Source: Saprospiraceae bacterium (GTDB lineage Bacteria > Bacteroidota > Bacteroidia > Chitinophagales > Saprospiraceae). From it: DNA of 30,592 nucleotides. Under the pieces are notes generated by a model that was given only the letters and a program-made list of their open reading frames with translations, was not told where the DNA came from and did no database searches. The stretch covers positions 1-30,592 of the forward strand of contig JAYUWT010000334.1 of the NCBI GenBank assembly GCA_043753405.1, in the 5' to 3' direction. Shown here piece after piece: positions 9,171 through 17,838 of this stretch; position 1 is the first letter of the stretch; every line of letters begins with the position of its first letter. Made by a program: the position numbers and the translations under genes.

Positions 9171-9204
9171 AAAGGGGTTGCCTGCCGGCAACTCCTTTAT
9201 TTTT
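9171..9204 (+). terminator. intrinsic terminator after the BlaI-M56 operon
   Basis: AAAGGGGTTGCC-TGCC-GGCAACTCCTTT followed by ATTTTT. Confidence 0.7.
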
Positions 9205-9210
9205 AGTTTG

Positions 9211-9250
9211 TATCACAAAGTTTCGCGAAGAAAAGCAAAGTTGCACAAAA
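9211..9250 (+). repeat. degenerate 10-bp-period C(A/G)CAAAG repeat array
   Basis: TATCACAAAG TTTCGCGAAG AAAAGCAAAG TTGCACAAAA. Confidence 0.5.
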
Positions 9251-9493
9251 GGATTATCGAAGGGAACTCTGACATCTGAACTCTATTTTACCGCAAAGAT
9301 TTTTTGATCACCAATTATCACTTCCTTGAATATCTAAAATCTACCTGAAATGAAATTGGGCTTGAGAGATATAAACTGATATTATTTTAATACAAAAAAT
9401 ATGAAACCAATATAATCTATTCACCATCCTTCTCATCCCGCAACTCCGTTCCTCCGTGCGGGACTTCCACTTCGTTCCAGCCTTCTAACTAGC

Positions 9494-11272
9494 TTACACC
9501 ACCGCAAAATCAATCAATTTCCGCCTATATACAGACAAAACCTTTGACTTCGAAACAAAACCAAGATAAATACCATTTTCACAAACAGGCAGGTTCCATG
9601 CGCTGCTGCTTTGAAACTTGTCCATTACCTGTTCCATACTATCAGAAGATTGGATGATCTCAGGAGCCCCATGCATTAATTGAGAAACCATTAAAGTATC
9701 ATACTGAGCCTGGTCAAACATGATCGTGCGTATATCATCCAAAGTTACTACCCCAAGAAAATGATTGGTCTCATCAAGAACAGGATAAATATTACGCGTA
9801 GAATGCTCTACCGCATTAAACAATACTTCTCTCAGTGTCATATCGGGCGTGATCGGAATAAAATTGGTTTCTATGACCTTGTCCAGAGCCAACATAGTCA
9901 GGACAGCCTTATCCTTATCATGGGTGATCAATGAACCCTGCTGAGCTAATTTTTCCTGATAGACATTATATTCGGTAAAGTACCTGTTGATACTATAACT
10001 AATAGCTGAACAGACCATCAATGGAAGCATCAATTCATACGTACCTGTCAATTCAGATATCATGAATATTGCTGTCAAAGGAGCATACATCACTCCGGCC
10101 ATTTGAGTTGCCATCCCCACCAATGCAAAATTAGTTTCTGAAACATGTCCTATCTGGGAATAATTGATCAGCAAAGCAACGCCGTAACCCATACAAGCTC
10201 CCGACATCAGTGAAGGCCCGAATATTCCTCCTACCCTTACAGCTCCGATGGTGGCAGAGGTCGCAAAAGCTTTAAGTGTAACCAGCGTAAACATTAATCC
10301 TGCTACCAACAATTTGTTTTGCGAACCAAACCAGCTATTATTGCCCATCACGATATGATGTTTTCCGATGAGCAAGGCTTTGATGGTTGAATAACCTTCT
10401 CCATACAACGAAGGAAACCAGAAAACGAGTCCTCCCAGGATCAATGCACCTACTGCCAAACGCATCCCTTTGCGCCGGATCAAGGCAAACATGATGCCCA
10501 TTTTTTTATAAATAGTGATAAAATAAAGGGAGGTCAATGATCCAATGATGCCAAGGACAACATAAAATACCAGATCCTTGGGTGCGAACTTGTCCTGAAC
10601 GACAAATTTAAATATGGTGTCGTCACCATACATCCATATGGATGTGATCGCCCCTGCAGAAGAGGCAAGTAACATTGGGACGAGGCTTGCCAATGTCAGG
10701 TCCAGTGAAAATATTTCTATTGCAAAAATTATTGCCCCAAGTGGGGCGTGGAAAACTGATGCCAATGCCCCCGCTGTGGCACAGCCTATCATAAGATTGA
10801 CCGTCTTTTGATTGAGGTGAAATAAACGCGCCAGATTAGATCCAATAGAAGAACCCATAAATACTGTGGCGCCCTCCAAACCCACAGAACCACCAAAACC
10901 TACCGTCAATGGAGCAGTGATCAGCGGAGAATACATCCCCTTGCGCGGCATTACTCCGTTGTTTTTGGAGATCGCATACAATGTGTCTGAGATACCCTGT
11001 CCTGCCATCTTTCCCAGGATAAATTTTGAGGCCAGATAAGTCAGCGTCAATCCCAGGGCAGGAAAAATAAAATAAAATATGGTGAAATAATTTTGAACAA
11101 ATTCCTGCTGCACGATCCATTTGATCTCGTAAGTCAGATTTTTGATCAGTACTGCTCCAAGTCCACTTATAAAACCAATGAGGATACTGCAAAATAATAC
11201 AAATTGCCTCTCCGGAATGTGTTTAATTCTCCAGATCAAAAAAACTTTTAACCGACTTCTAAGATAAGACAT
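9494..11272 (-). CDS. ClC-family chloride channel/transporter with C-terminal CBS pair
   Basis: GGSVGLEGA (gating Glu), FHAPLGAIIFAIE, GGIFGP, APLTAIFMISELTG; CBS domains (RNIYPVLD..GVVTLDDIR; NLPVCENGIYLGFVSKS). Confidence 0.93.
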   Translation of the reverse strand: MSYLRSRLKVFLIWRIKHIPERQFVLFCSILIGFISGLGAVLIKNLTYEIKWIVQQEFVQNYFTIFYFIFPALGLTLTYLASKFILGKMAGQGISDTLYAISKNNGVMPRKGMYSPLITAPLTVGFGGSVGLEGATVFMGSSIGSNLARLFHLNQKTVNLMIGCATAGALASVFHAPLGAIIFAIEIFSLDLTLASLVPMLLASSAGAITSIWMYGDDTIFKFVVQDKFAPKDLVFYVVLGIIGSLTSLYFITIYKKMGIMFALIRRKGMRLAVGALILGGLVFWFPSLYGEGYSTIKALLIGKHHIVMGNNSWFGSQNKLLVAGLMFTLVTLKAFATSATIGAVRVGGIFGPSLMSGACMGYGVALLINYSQIGHVSETNFALVGMATQMAGVMYAPLTAIFMISELTGTYELMLPLMVCSAISYSINRYFTEYNVYQEKLAQQGSLITHDKDKAVLTMLALDKVIETNFIPITPDMTLREVLFNAVEHSTRNIYPVLDETNHFLGVVTLDDIRTIMFDQAQYDTLMVSQLMHGAPEIIQSSDSMEQVMDKFQSSSAWNLPVCENGIYLGFVSKSKVLSVYRRKLIDFAVV

Positions 11273-11315
11273 GGAATTTCAAAAAATATTGTACAAAGAT
11301 GCTGAATATTAATGG

Positions 11316-11378
11316 AATTATAAATGATGAATGCTAAATGGTGAATTATAAATGGTGAATTATAAATGATAAATGAGT
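11316..11378 (+). repeat. 9-unit heptamer tandem array AATNNT(A/G)
   Basis: AATTATA AATGATG AATGCTA AATGGTG AATTATA AATGGTG AATTATA AATGATA AATGAGT. Confidence 0.85.
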
Positions 11379-11420
11379 CCGGATCATTGTTGCGATGCTT
11401 ACAGGCTCCGATATCTATTG

Positions 11421-11446
11421 AAGTTAAGAGGTTAGGAAGTTAGGAG
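11421..11446 (+). repeat. 3-unit octamer array A(A/G)GTTA(A/G)G
   Basis: AAGTTAAG AGGTTAGG AAGTTAGG AG. Confidence 0.65.
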
Positions 11447-11475
11447 ATCGTTTTGAATTTAAAATATTAGATTGT

Positions 11476-11543
11476 CAATTACTTATTACCAATTACCTAT
11501 TACCTATATCTAGAATCTAGAATCTAGTGTCTAGTATCTATCT
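11476..11543 (+). repeat. two abutting heptamer arrays, YWATTAC x4 and TCTAGNN x4
   Basis: CAATTAC TTATTAC CAATTAC CTATTAC (11476-11503); TCTAGAA TCTAGAA TCTAGTG TCTAGTA TCTA (11509-11540). Confidence 0.8.
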
Positions 11544-11549
11544 TCTGAT

Positions 11550-12476
11550 TCAAACCCAATCCCTGGGATGCAAGCACACCTCCACCAATTTTTCTTCCTC
11601 ACTTCCCGGCTCTATATGATAATCATAATCAAACCTGACTCTTGGAGGAAGGCTCATCAATATACTTTCAGTGCGACCGTTTGTCTTTAAGCCGAAGATC
11701 GTCCCCCTATCATGTAATAAGTTAAACTCGACGTATCTGCCTCGCCTGATCTCCTGCCAATATCGATGACTTTCATCCCATGGGATTTCTTTTCTTTTAT
11801 CTACAATGGGTAAATAAGCATCTAAAAAATATGACCCGTTTGCTTTTTGAAATTCAAAAACTGAAACAGGATCGGACGCTTTTAGATAATCATAAAAAAT
11901 ACCTCCTATACCACGCATCTCATTGCCCCGGTGACTGTTTGTAAAATATTCATCACATTGAATCTTGTATTTAGGATACAGGTCTGATCCAAATGCATCG
12001 AGCGTTCTCTTCAAAGTGTTATGAAAGTGTACAGCATCTTCTTCAAATAAATAATATGGTGTAAGATCTGTACCTCCTCCCCACCATCTGTCAATGACTT
12101 CATGCTGAGCATTATACAATTCGAACAATCGCCAGTTAGCATGAATAGTCGGCACAAAAGGGCTTTCAGGATGTAAAACCAGGCTAAGGCCGCAGGCAAA
12201 CCAAAATTCACCTTTAATACCCAGTTGCTTTTCCATTGTTTCACTTACCGGTCCATGCACGACTGAGGTATTCACACCTCCTTTTTCAAAGATATTTCCA
12301 CCGGATATCACCCTTGTGCGTCCTCCTCCACCTTCGGGTCGTTCCCACAGATCCTCCCTAAACATTGCTTTCCCATCCACACTTTCAAGAGCCGCACATA
12401 TCTCATCCTGGAGCGATGACACATAAGAGATCCAGGATTCTTTAGAAAATTCTTCGTTTTGATTTTGCCCGTCCAT
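11550..12476 (-). CDS. hemF: oxygen-dependent coproporphyrinogen III oxidase
   Basis: WERPEGGGGRTRV, FEKGGVNTSVVHG, PTIHANWR, GGGTDLTP, RGIGGIFYD, RRGRYVEFNLLHDRGTIFGL. Confidence 0.98.
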   Translation of the reverse strand: MDGQNQNEEFSKESWISYVSSLQDEICAALESVDGKAMFREDLWERPEGGGGRTRVISGGNIFEKGGVNTSVVHGPVSETMEKQLGIKGEFWFACGLSLVLHPESPFVPTIHANWRLFELYNAQHEVIDRWWGGGTDLTPYYLFEEDAVHFHNTLKRTLDAFGSDLYPKYKIQCDEYFTNSHRGNEMRGIGGIFYDYLKASDPVSVFEFQKANGSYFLDAYLPIVDKRKEIPWDESHRYWQEIRRGRYVEFNLLHDRGTIFGLKTNGRTESILMSLPPRVRFDYDYHIEPGSEEEKLVEVCLHPRDWV

Positions 12477-12482
12477 CAGTTG

Positions 12483-13526
12483 TTAATTATTTTCCACAGC
12501 CAATTTAGAATAATCAAATTCTTTTACTGTATCCACAAAAGTTCTGGCTGCATCGACGGGTACAGTAGGAAGGATGCCGTGGCCAAGATTTGCAATGTAT
12601 CTACCGGGTCCAAATGACCGGATCATCGACTTAACTTCTTTTTTAATGACATCCAATGGTGCATATAATTTTGCCGGATCAAAATTACCTTGCAAGGTTA
12701 TATCTTTCCCTGCAAATTGACGTGCCATAGAAGCCGGTATGCACCAGTCTATTCCCAGACCTGCCGCACCCGTATCAGCCATAGCACCCAGTGAGTGCCA
12801 TGCCCCTTTCGCAAAGATGATCGTCGGTGCGAGGTCTTTCACGGCTGTTACGATCTGTCGCATATATCTTAATGAATAAGTTTCAAAATCCTGAGGACCC
12901 AGTAAACCACCCCAGCTGTCAAATATTTGAACAACATCGGCACCTGCTTCTATCTGGCCTTTGAGATAAGCTATGGTCGTATCTGTGATCATTTGTAACA
13001 ACAAATGGGCTTCTGCAGGTTTGGTATAACAAAATGCCTTAGCTTCATCAAAAGTCTTGCTTCCTTTACCCTGCACCATATAACACAATAATGTCCAGGG
13101 AGAACCGGCAAAACCGATCAATGGTACCTTGCCATTGAGTTCTTTTTTGATCATCCTGATCGCATCAAAAACATATTCCAGGGTTTCATGTACATCAGGT
13201 ACCCTGATCCGGGCAAAATCTTCTTTGTACCTGATGGGGTCAGGCAAGATGGGTCCCTGACTTTCGATGAGTTGCACTTCAAGGCCCATTGCCTGAGGAA
13301 TAACCAGAATATCCGAAAAGAGTATCGCGGCATCCACACCAATTATATCTACTGGTTGCAGCGTAATCCTGCAAGCCAGCTCAGGTGTTTGACAACGTTC
13401 GAAAAAGCCATACTTAGCCCTGAGTACCATGTATTCAGGTAAATACCTGCCTGCCTGGCGCATCATCCACACAGGTGGACGTTCAGTAATTTCTCCTCTC
13501 AGGGTCCTTAATAAAAGATCATTCAT
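12483..13526 (-). CDS. hemE: uroporphyrinogen decarboxylase
   Basis: PVWMMRQAGRYLPEY, DAAILFSDIL, LIGFAGSPWT, QIFDSWGG, NLGHGI. Confidence 0.98.
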   Translation of the reverse strand: MNDLLLRTLRGEITERPPVWMMRQAGRYLPEYMVLRAKYGFFERCQTPELACRITLQPVDIIGVDAAILFSDILVIPQAMGLEVQLIESQGPILPDPIRYKEDFARIRVPDVHETLEYVFDAIRMIKKELNGKVPLIGFAGSPWTLLCYMVQGKGSKTFDEAKAFCYTKPAEAHLLLQMITDTTIAYLKGQIEAGADVVQIFDSWGGLLGPQDFETYSLRYMRQIVTAVKDLAPTIIFAKGAWHSLGAMADTGAAGLGIDWCIPASMARQFAGKDITLQGNFDPAKLYAPLDVIKKEVKSMIRSFGPGRYIANLGHGILPTVPVDAARTFVDTVKEFDYSKLAVENN

Positions 13527-14224
13527 TTCTTAAAATATTTATTTAACTCCAGCAACATTGCCTGCTGATCCGGAGTGGTATTTAGTATTATTGGATTATC
13601 TGTATTTTCACTGAGTTTGTTCATAGTGGACCTTCCGAAAGCGAAGCAAACTGTATTTTCGGAAATTGTATTAGTTTCAAAATAACTTTGGACTGCACTT
13701 GGACTGAAAAATAATATACCATCATAATAACTGTCGATATTATGATGATTCAAACGAGTATTATATACGACCACTTCATGCCATTGGATCTTTAAATCTT
13801 TCAAAACATCAGGAAGAATGTCCAATCTTTTATTCCCACAGAAATACCATGTTTCTTTTAAATCATTTTGTTCTTTCAGCAAGTCTGCTAAAAACCTGGC
13901 ATCAGAAGCTGATATGATATGAGTCATCAGTGAAAAATAATTTTGGACTGCCTCAAGCGTAGCACCATTGATGCAATAGATCTCCCAATCCGGAGATAAC
14001 GCTAGATGCTTTTTAACAGCTTCAACAGCATTTTTACTAGTGAAGATCGCACGGATTCCTGTGGTTGGTATTGCATTTATATCAGACCTTAATTTATCAG
14101 TTTCAAGGATCGATGTTGTGATAAATGGCAATTGATCAAATTTAATTCCTCTCTTCAGTGCTTTGGAAATTATATCCGGCTTTAAAATTTTAGTACTTAG
14201 AATATTAATTACTCCCGTTTCCAT
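13523..14224 (-). CDS. hemD: uroporphyrinogen-III synthase
   Basis: IFTSKNAVEAV, FCGNKRLDILP, VVYNT, FFSPSAVQSY; ATGA overlap with hemE, between hemC and hemE. Confidence 0.92.
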   Translation of the reverse strand: METGVINILSTKILKPDIISKALKRGIKFDQLPFITTSILETDKLRSDINAIPTTGIRAIFTSKNAVEAVKKHLALSPDWEIYCINGATLEAVQNYFSLMTHIISASDARFLADLLKEQNDLKETWYFCGNKRLDILPDVLKDLKIQWHEVVVYNTRLNHHNIDSYYDGILFFSPSAVQSYFETNTISENTVCFAFGRSTMNKLSENTDNPIILNTTPDQQAMLLELNKYFKK

Positions 14225-15119
14225 CTCTTATTGATTTCACGATCTCTGCACCACCATTTCCAAGTACCTCTTCACCTGCCCTCATGCCCAAATCTGTAGC
14301 TTCAAAAGCATTTGACTTTTTTGATATTTCAACGATTTGTTTACCATCAAGGGATAAAATAATTCCTTCAAAAACAACGTCATCACCTACTATTCTCGCA
14401 TATGCGCCCACAGGTGTTGAGCATCCACCCATAAGGGTCCTGAGAAATTCTCTTTCTATCTTTGTACACAGCTCAGTGGTTTCATCATTCAGTTCTGCTC
14501 CAATCTTCATCATATCAAGGTCATTTTCCCGGCACACGATTATAATGGCACCCTGAGCAGGCGCCGGCAGCATCCAGTCCAGAACCTCGGCATCTACGGG
14601 CAGAATTTTGATTCGTGATAATCCCGCTTCCGCAAATATGGCCCCGATCCAATTACTTTGTTCGAGTTTCTTTAACCTTGTCTGTACATTTCCACGTAGA
14701 TTTTCAATTTTGTCTTCAGGATGTTTATGTAACCACATGGCTGAACGTCTCGTCGATCCGGTGCCTATCATCCGGTTATTCAGATCTGCATTTTTACCCG
14801 GGACAAACACATCCCTATGTGATCCCCTTTTTAAAACTGCAGCTTGCAGAATCCCTCCTGCCATTTGCGTTGGAACATCCTTCATGGAATGAACAGCTAT
14901 ATCGATGCGTCCATTAAGCAAAGCAGCATCAAGGGTCTTTGTAAATATGCCTTCCACGCCCATAGCATAAAGTGGGGTAATGAGGTCAAGATCACCTTCA
15001 CTTTTTACCATTACGAGTTCACATTTTAATCCGAGCGTTTCGATTAGATTCAGTACCAATGTGGCTTGCCAAAGTGCAAGTTCACTATCCCGGGTTCCTA
15101 TTTTGATCGGAGTATGCAT
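14205..15119 (-). CDS. hemC: hydroxymethylbilane synthase (porphobilinogen deaminase)
   Basis: IGTRDSELALWQA, GIFTKTLD, DIAVHSMKDVP, LRGNVQTRL, LPAPAQGA, cofactor Cys in LMGGCSTP. Confidence 0.98.
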   Translation of the reverse strand: MHTPIKIGTRDSELALWQATLVLNLIETLGLKCELVMVKSEGDLDLITPLYAMGVEGIFTKTLDAALLNGRIDIAVHSMKDVPTQMAGGILQAAVLKRGSHRDVFVPGKNADLNNRMIGTGSTRRSAMWLHKHPEDKIENLRGNVQTRLKKLEQSNWIGAIFAEAGLSRIKILPVDAEVLDWMLPAPAQGAIIIVCRENDLDMMKIGAELNDETTELCTKIEREFLRTLMGGCSTPVGAYARIVGDDVVFEGIILSLDGKQIVEISKKSNAFEATDLGMRAGEEVLGNGGAEIVKSIRDGNGSN

Positions 15120-15158
15120 AATGCTCTTATCTGGTGTAAAAAATGGATGTAACTAAAC

Positions 15159-16400
15159 TTACTTGGCAGTAATACTCATGAACTCATTGATTGCTTCGAG
15201 ATACTGACATCCTTTTTGATTTTTTTCTTTCAATTTGCAAGCCATTCCATTGACCACTTTCTGGATCAATTCTTCATGTTGACTATTTTCCGATTCGGAA
15301 GTGTTTCGTATACTAAAGTTAGGATCATGACTGATCTCGTACAATTTATTTTTAACATCATTTAAGACAGCTGTTTGCTTCCTTAGTTCATACCATTTAA
15401 AGAAATCCTTTTTGCTTTCTTCCAGGATCTTTTGGGCTTTAGGCACCTCGGATGCTCGCTGCATCATGGTTTGATTAGTGAGTACAGACAATTCGTCGAC
15501 GTTGAGCAACTGGATTCCCTCTATAGAAGCTACGGTCCTTTCCACACTGAAAGGAATTGAGAGATCAATGATCAGTTTATTACCTGAAATATTTAAATGT
15601 CTGGCCTCAATAGTCTGATGAGGATTGGCGGAAGCAACTATAATAATATCAGACTTTGAAATTTCCGCATACAAATCTTCATAAGAAGCAGTTTGTAATC
15701 CCAGTTCTTTTGCAAGAGCTGCTGCTTTTTGTTCTGTCCTGTTGATCAGGGTTATGTTACTTGCATAAGCATATTCAACCAAATTTTTGCAGGTAGCACG
15801 ACCGATCTCACCCGTACCAATGATAAGTATTTGCTTTTGTAGATAATCCCCTACATTTTCTTTTATATACTGAGCTACGGAATAAGAAATCGAGACAGTT
15901 CCATCACTCAGCGTGGTTTTGTTTTTAATAGACTTGGACGCCTGCATCATATGATTGAACAGACGCTCAGTAAAGGAGGAAATCAATCCTCTTTCTTTGG
16001 AGGTTTGTACTGCTTTTTTGATCTGGCCGACGATTTCATAATCGCCTAAGATCTGAGAATCAAGACCGCTGCCTACTTCGAAAAAGTGTTTGATAGCTGA
16101 ACTTCCCCTTTTCACATAAAACATTTGCCTGAATGCCACTTCACTACCGGAAGACTGAGACAGGATCAATTGTATAAAAAGTTCTATCTGATGAACACAT
16201 CCGTAGATTTCAGTCCTGTTGCAAGTAGACAATATGAAAAAATCATTGAGCCCAAGTGCAGGAGCTATATCGAGGATGGTTTTGTATTGTTCCTCATTAA
16301 TAGCATATTGACCACGCACATCGGCAGCAGATTTCCGGTAGTTGATCCCAACTACACTAAAATCTTCAACCTGATTAGCATATAAGCCACTATTAATCAT
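15159..16400 (-). CDS. hemA: glutamyl-tRNA reductase
   Basis: VVGINY, catalytic LSTCNRTEIY, GLDSQILGDYEIVGQIK, Rossmann IIGTGEIG, IDLSIP. Confidence 0.97.
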   Translation of the reverse strand: MINSGLYANQVEDFSVVGINYRKSAADVRGQYAINEEQYKTILDIAPALGLNDFFILSTCNRTEIYGCVHQIELFIQLILSQSSGSEVAFRQMFYVKRGSSAIKHFFEVGSGLDSQILGDYEIVGQIKKAVQTSKERGLISSFTERLFNHMMQASKSIKNKTTLSDGTVSISYSVAQYIKENVGDYLQKQILIIGTGEIGRATCKNLVEYAYASNITLINRTEQKAAALAKELGLQTASYEDLYAEISKSDIIIVASANPHQTIEARHLNISGNKLIIDLSIPFSVERTVASIEGIQLLNVDELSVLTNQTMMQRASEVPKAQKILEESKKDFFKWYELRKQTAVLNDVKNKLYEISHDPNFSIRNTSESENSQHEELIQKVVNGMACKLKEKNQKGCQYLEAINEFMSITAK

Positions 16401-16545
16401 TCTTTACATTTTCTTGGTTCATCTAAATCAGATAACACAAATGGAAAAGATATTATAAGAAAAATACTTTTTTTTGATCATGAAATTATAATTTTTTAAT
16501 AATTATATCTTCAATTGATAAGGTAATTCCATTTCTAAATGAACG

Positions 16546-16553
16546 CAAAAGTA
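16546..16553 (-). promoter_or_regulatory. -7 element (TACTTTTG) of the hemA operon
   Basis: Exact TAnnTTTG, with a TTG about 20 nt upstream (plus-strand CAA at 16574-16576). Confidence 0.6.
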
Positions 16554-16702
16554 TAATACTTTATCCTTACTTACAAGTTTTAATAACGTGCTTATCGCAT
16601 TTAAAGTTTTTATTATTTACTGAATCGGGAAAATTGCAGGATCAATAGGAAAAAATGTTATTTCGGAAAGAATTACCTTTAGTTTTTTAATAAATAAAAG
16701 AA

Positions 16703-17725
16703 GTGATAGAAAATAAAGCGATCGTATTGATGAATCTTGGTTCACCTGACAGCACTTCAGTCAAAGATGTCAGATCATACTTGAATGAGTTTCTCATGGA
16801 CGAACGGGTCATTGATCAGCCATATTGGAAGAGGTTTTTGTTGGTCAGAGGCATTATAACGCCTTTCAGGGCACCCAAATCTGCCCATGCTTATGAAAAA
16901 ATATGGACAAAAGATGGATCTCCCCTCATAGTGATCACAAAACAACTCAGGGATGCGCTGCAAAAATTAACCGCTATGCCCGTGGAGATTGCGATGCGTT
17001 ATGGGAATCCGGATCCTAAAACCGCTTTTGATCGATTAGGGGCCAATTCAGAAATTGATGAAGTGATATTGGTCCCTCTTTACCCACATTATGCCATGAG
17101 CAGTTATGAGACAGCAGTGGAGGATGCAAAGGATGTTTATAAAAAGAATAATTATTCTTTCAGGATTTCCATACTGCCGCCTTTTTATAAAGAGCCCCAA
17201 TATATAGATGCTTTGGCTAAGAGTATGCGTGAACATATCAATAAGCCTTTTGACCATCTGCTGTTCAGTTATCATGGCTTGCCACAAAGGCATTTGGAAA
17301 AGACCGATCCAACAGGAAATCATTGTTTTTCCAATAGTAATTGCTGCTCCATTGACTCGGTCGCCCATAAAACATGTTACCGGCACCAGGTATTTACAAC
17401 AACTCGACTGATCGCCGAAAAACTTCAGATACCAAAAGATAAATACAGTATATCCTTTCAGTCAAGACTGGGCAAAGGATGGCTGGAGCCTTTTACCGAT
17501 GTGCGCCTTCAGGAACTACCAAAAGAAGGGGTCAAAAATCTACTAGTCGTCAGTCCCGCCTTTGTCAGTGATTGCCTGGAAACATTGGAAGAACTGGTAA
17601 TGGTGGGTAAAGAAACTTTTGTGGAAGCAGGAGGTACTTCTTACAATGTGATCCCATGTATGAATGTTCAACTACAATGGGTGGAAGGTTTACTTGAAAT
17701 GATCACTGATCAACCCAAAAAATAA
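16703..17725 (+). CDS. hemH: protoporphyrin ferrochelatase (GTG start)
   Basis: LMNLGSPDS, AMRYGNP, PLYPHYAMSS, SYHGLP, FQSRLG, FVSDCLETLEEL. Confidence 0.97.
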   Translation: MIENKAIVLMNLGSPDSTSVKDVRSYLNEFLMDERVIDQPYWKRFLLVRGIITPFRAPKSAHAYEKIWTKDGSPLIVITKQLRDALQKLTAMPVEIAMRYGNPDPKTAFDRLGANSEIDEVILVPLYPHYAMSSYETAVEDAKDVYKKNNYSFRISILPPFYKEPQYIDALAKSMREHINKPFDHLLFSYHGLPQRHLEKTDPTGNHCFSNSNCCSIDSVAHKTCYRHQVFTTTRLIAEKLQIPKDKYSISFQSRLGKGWLEPFTDVRLQELPKEGVKNLLVVSPAFVSDCLETLEELVMVGKETFVEAGGTSYNVIPCMNVQLQWVEGLLEMITDQPKK

Positions 17726-17838
17726 AAATCGTAATTAATCATTCAATAATTAAGTTTAGTCTAAAAGACAAAATTTTATTTTAATTATTACTGATTGTAC
17801 AGTATTTTTAACGCGTCAATTTTATAAAATATATTCAA

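Noticed and set aside
16401-16702. Fur or FNR boxes in the hemA/hemH divergent region
   Set aside because: Best candidates (e.g. TGATAAGGTAATTCC, TTGATCATGAAAT) have too many mismatches for such AT-rich DNA.
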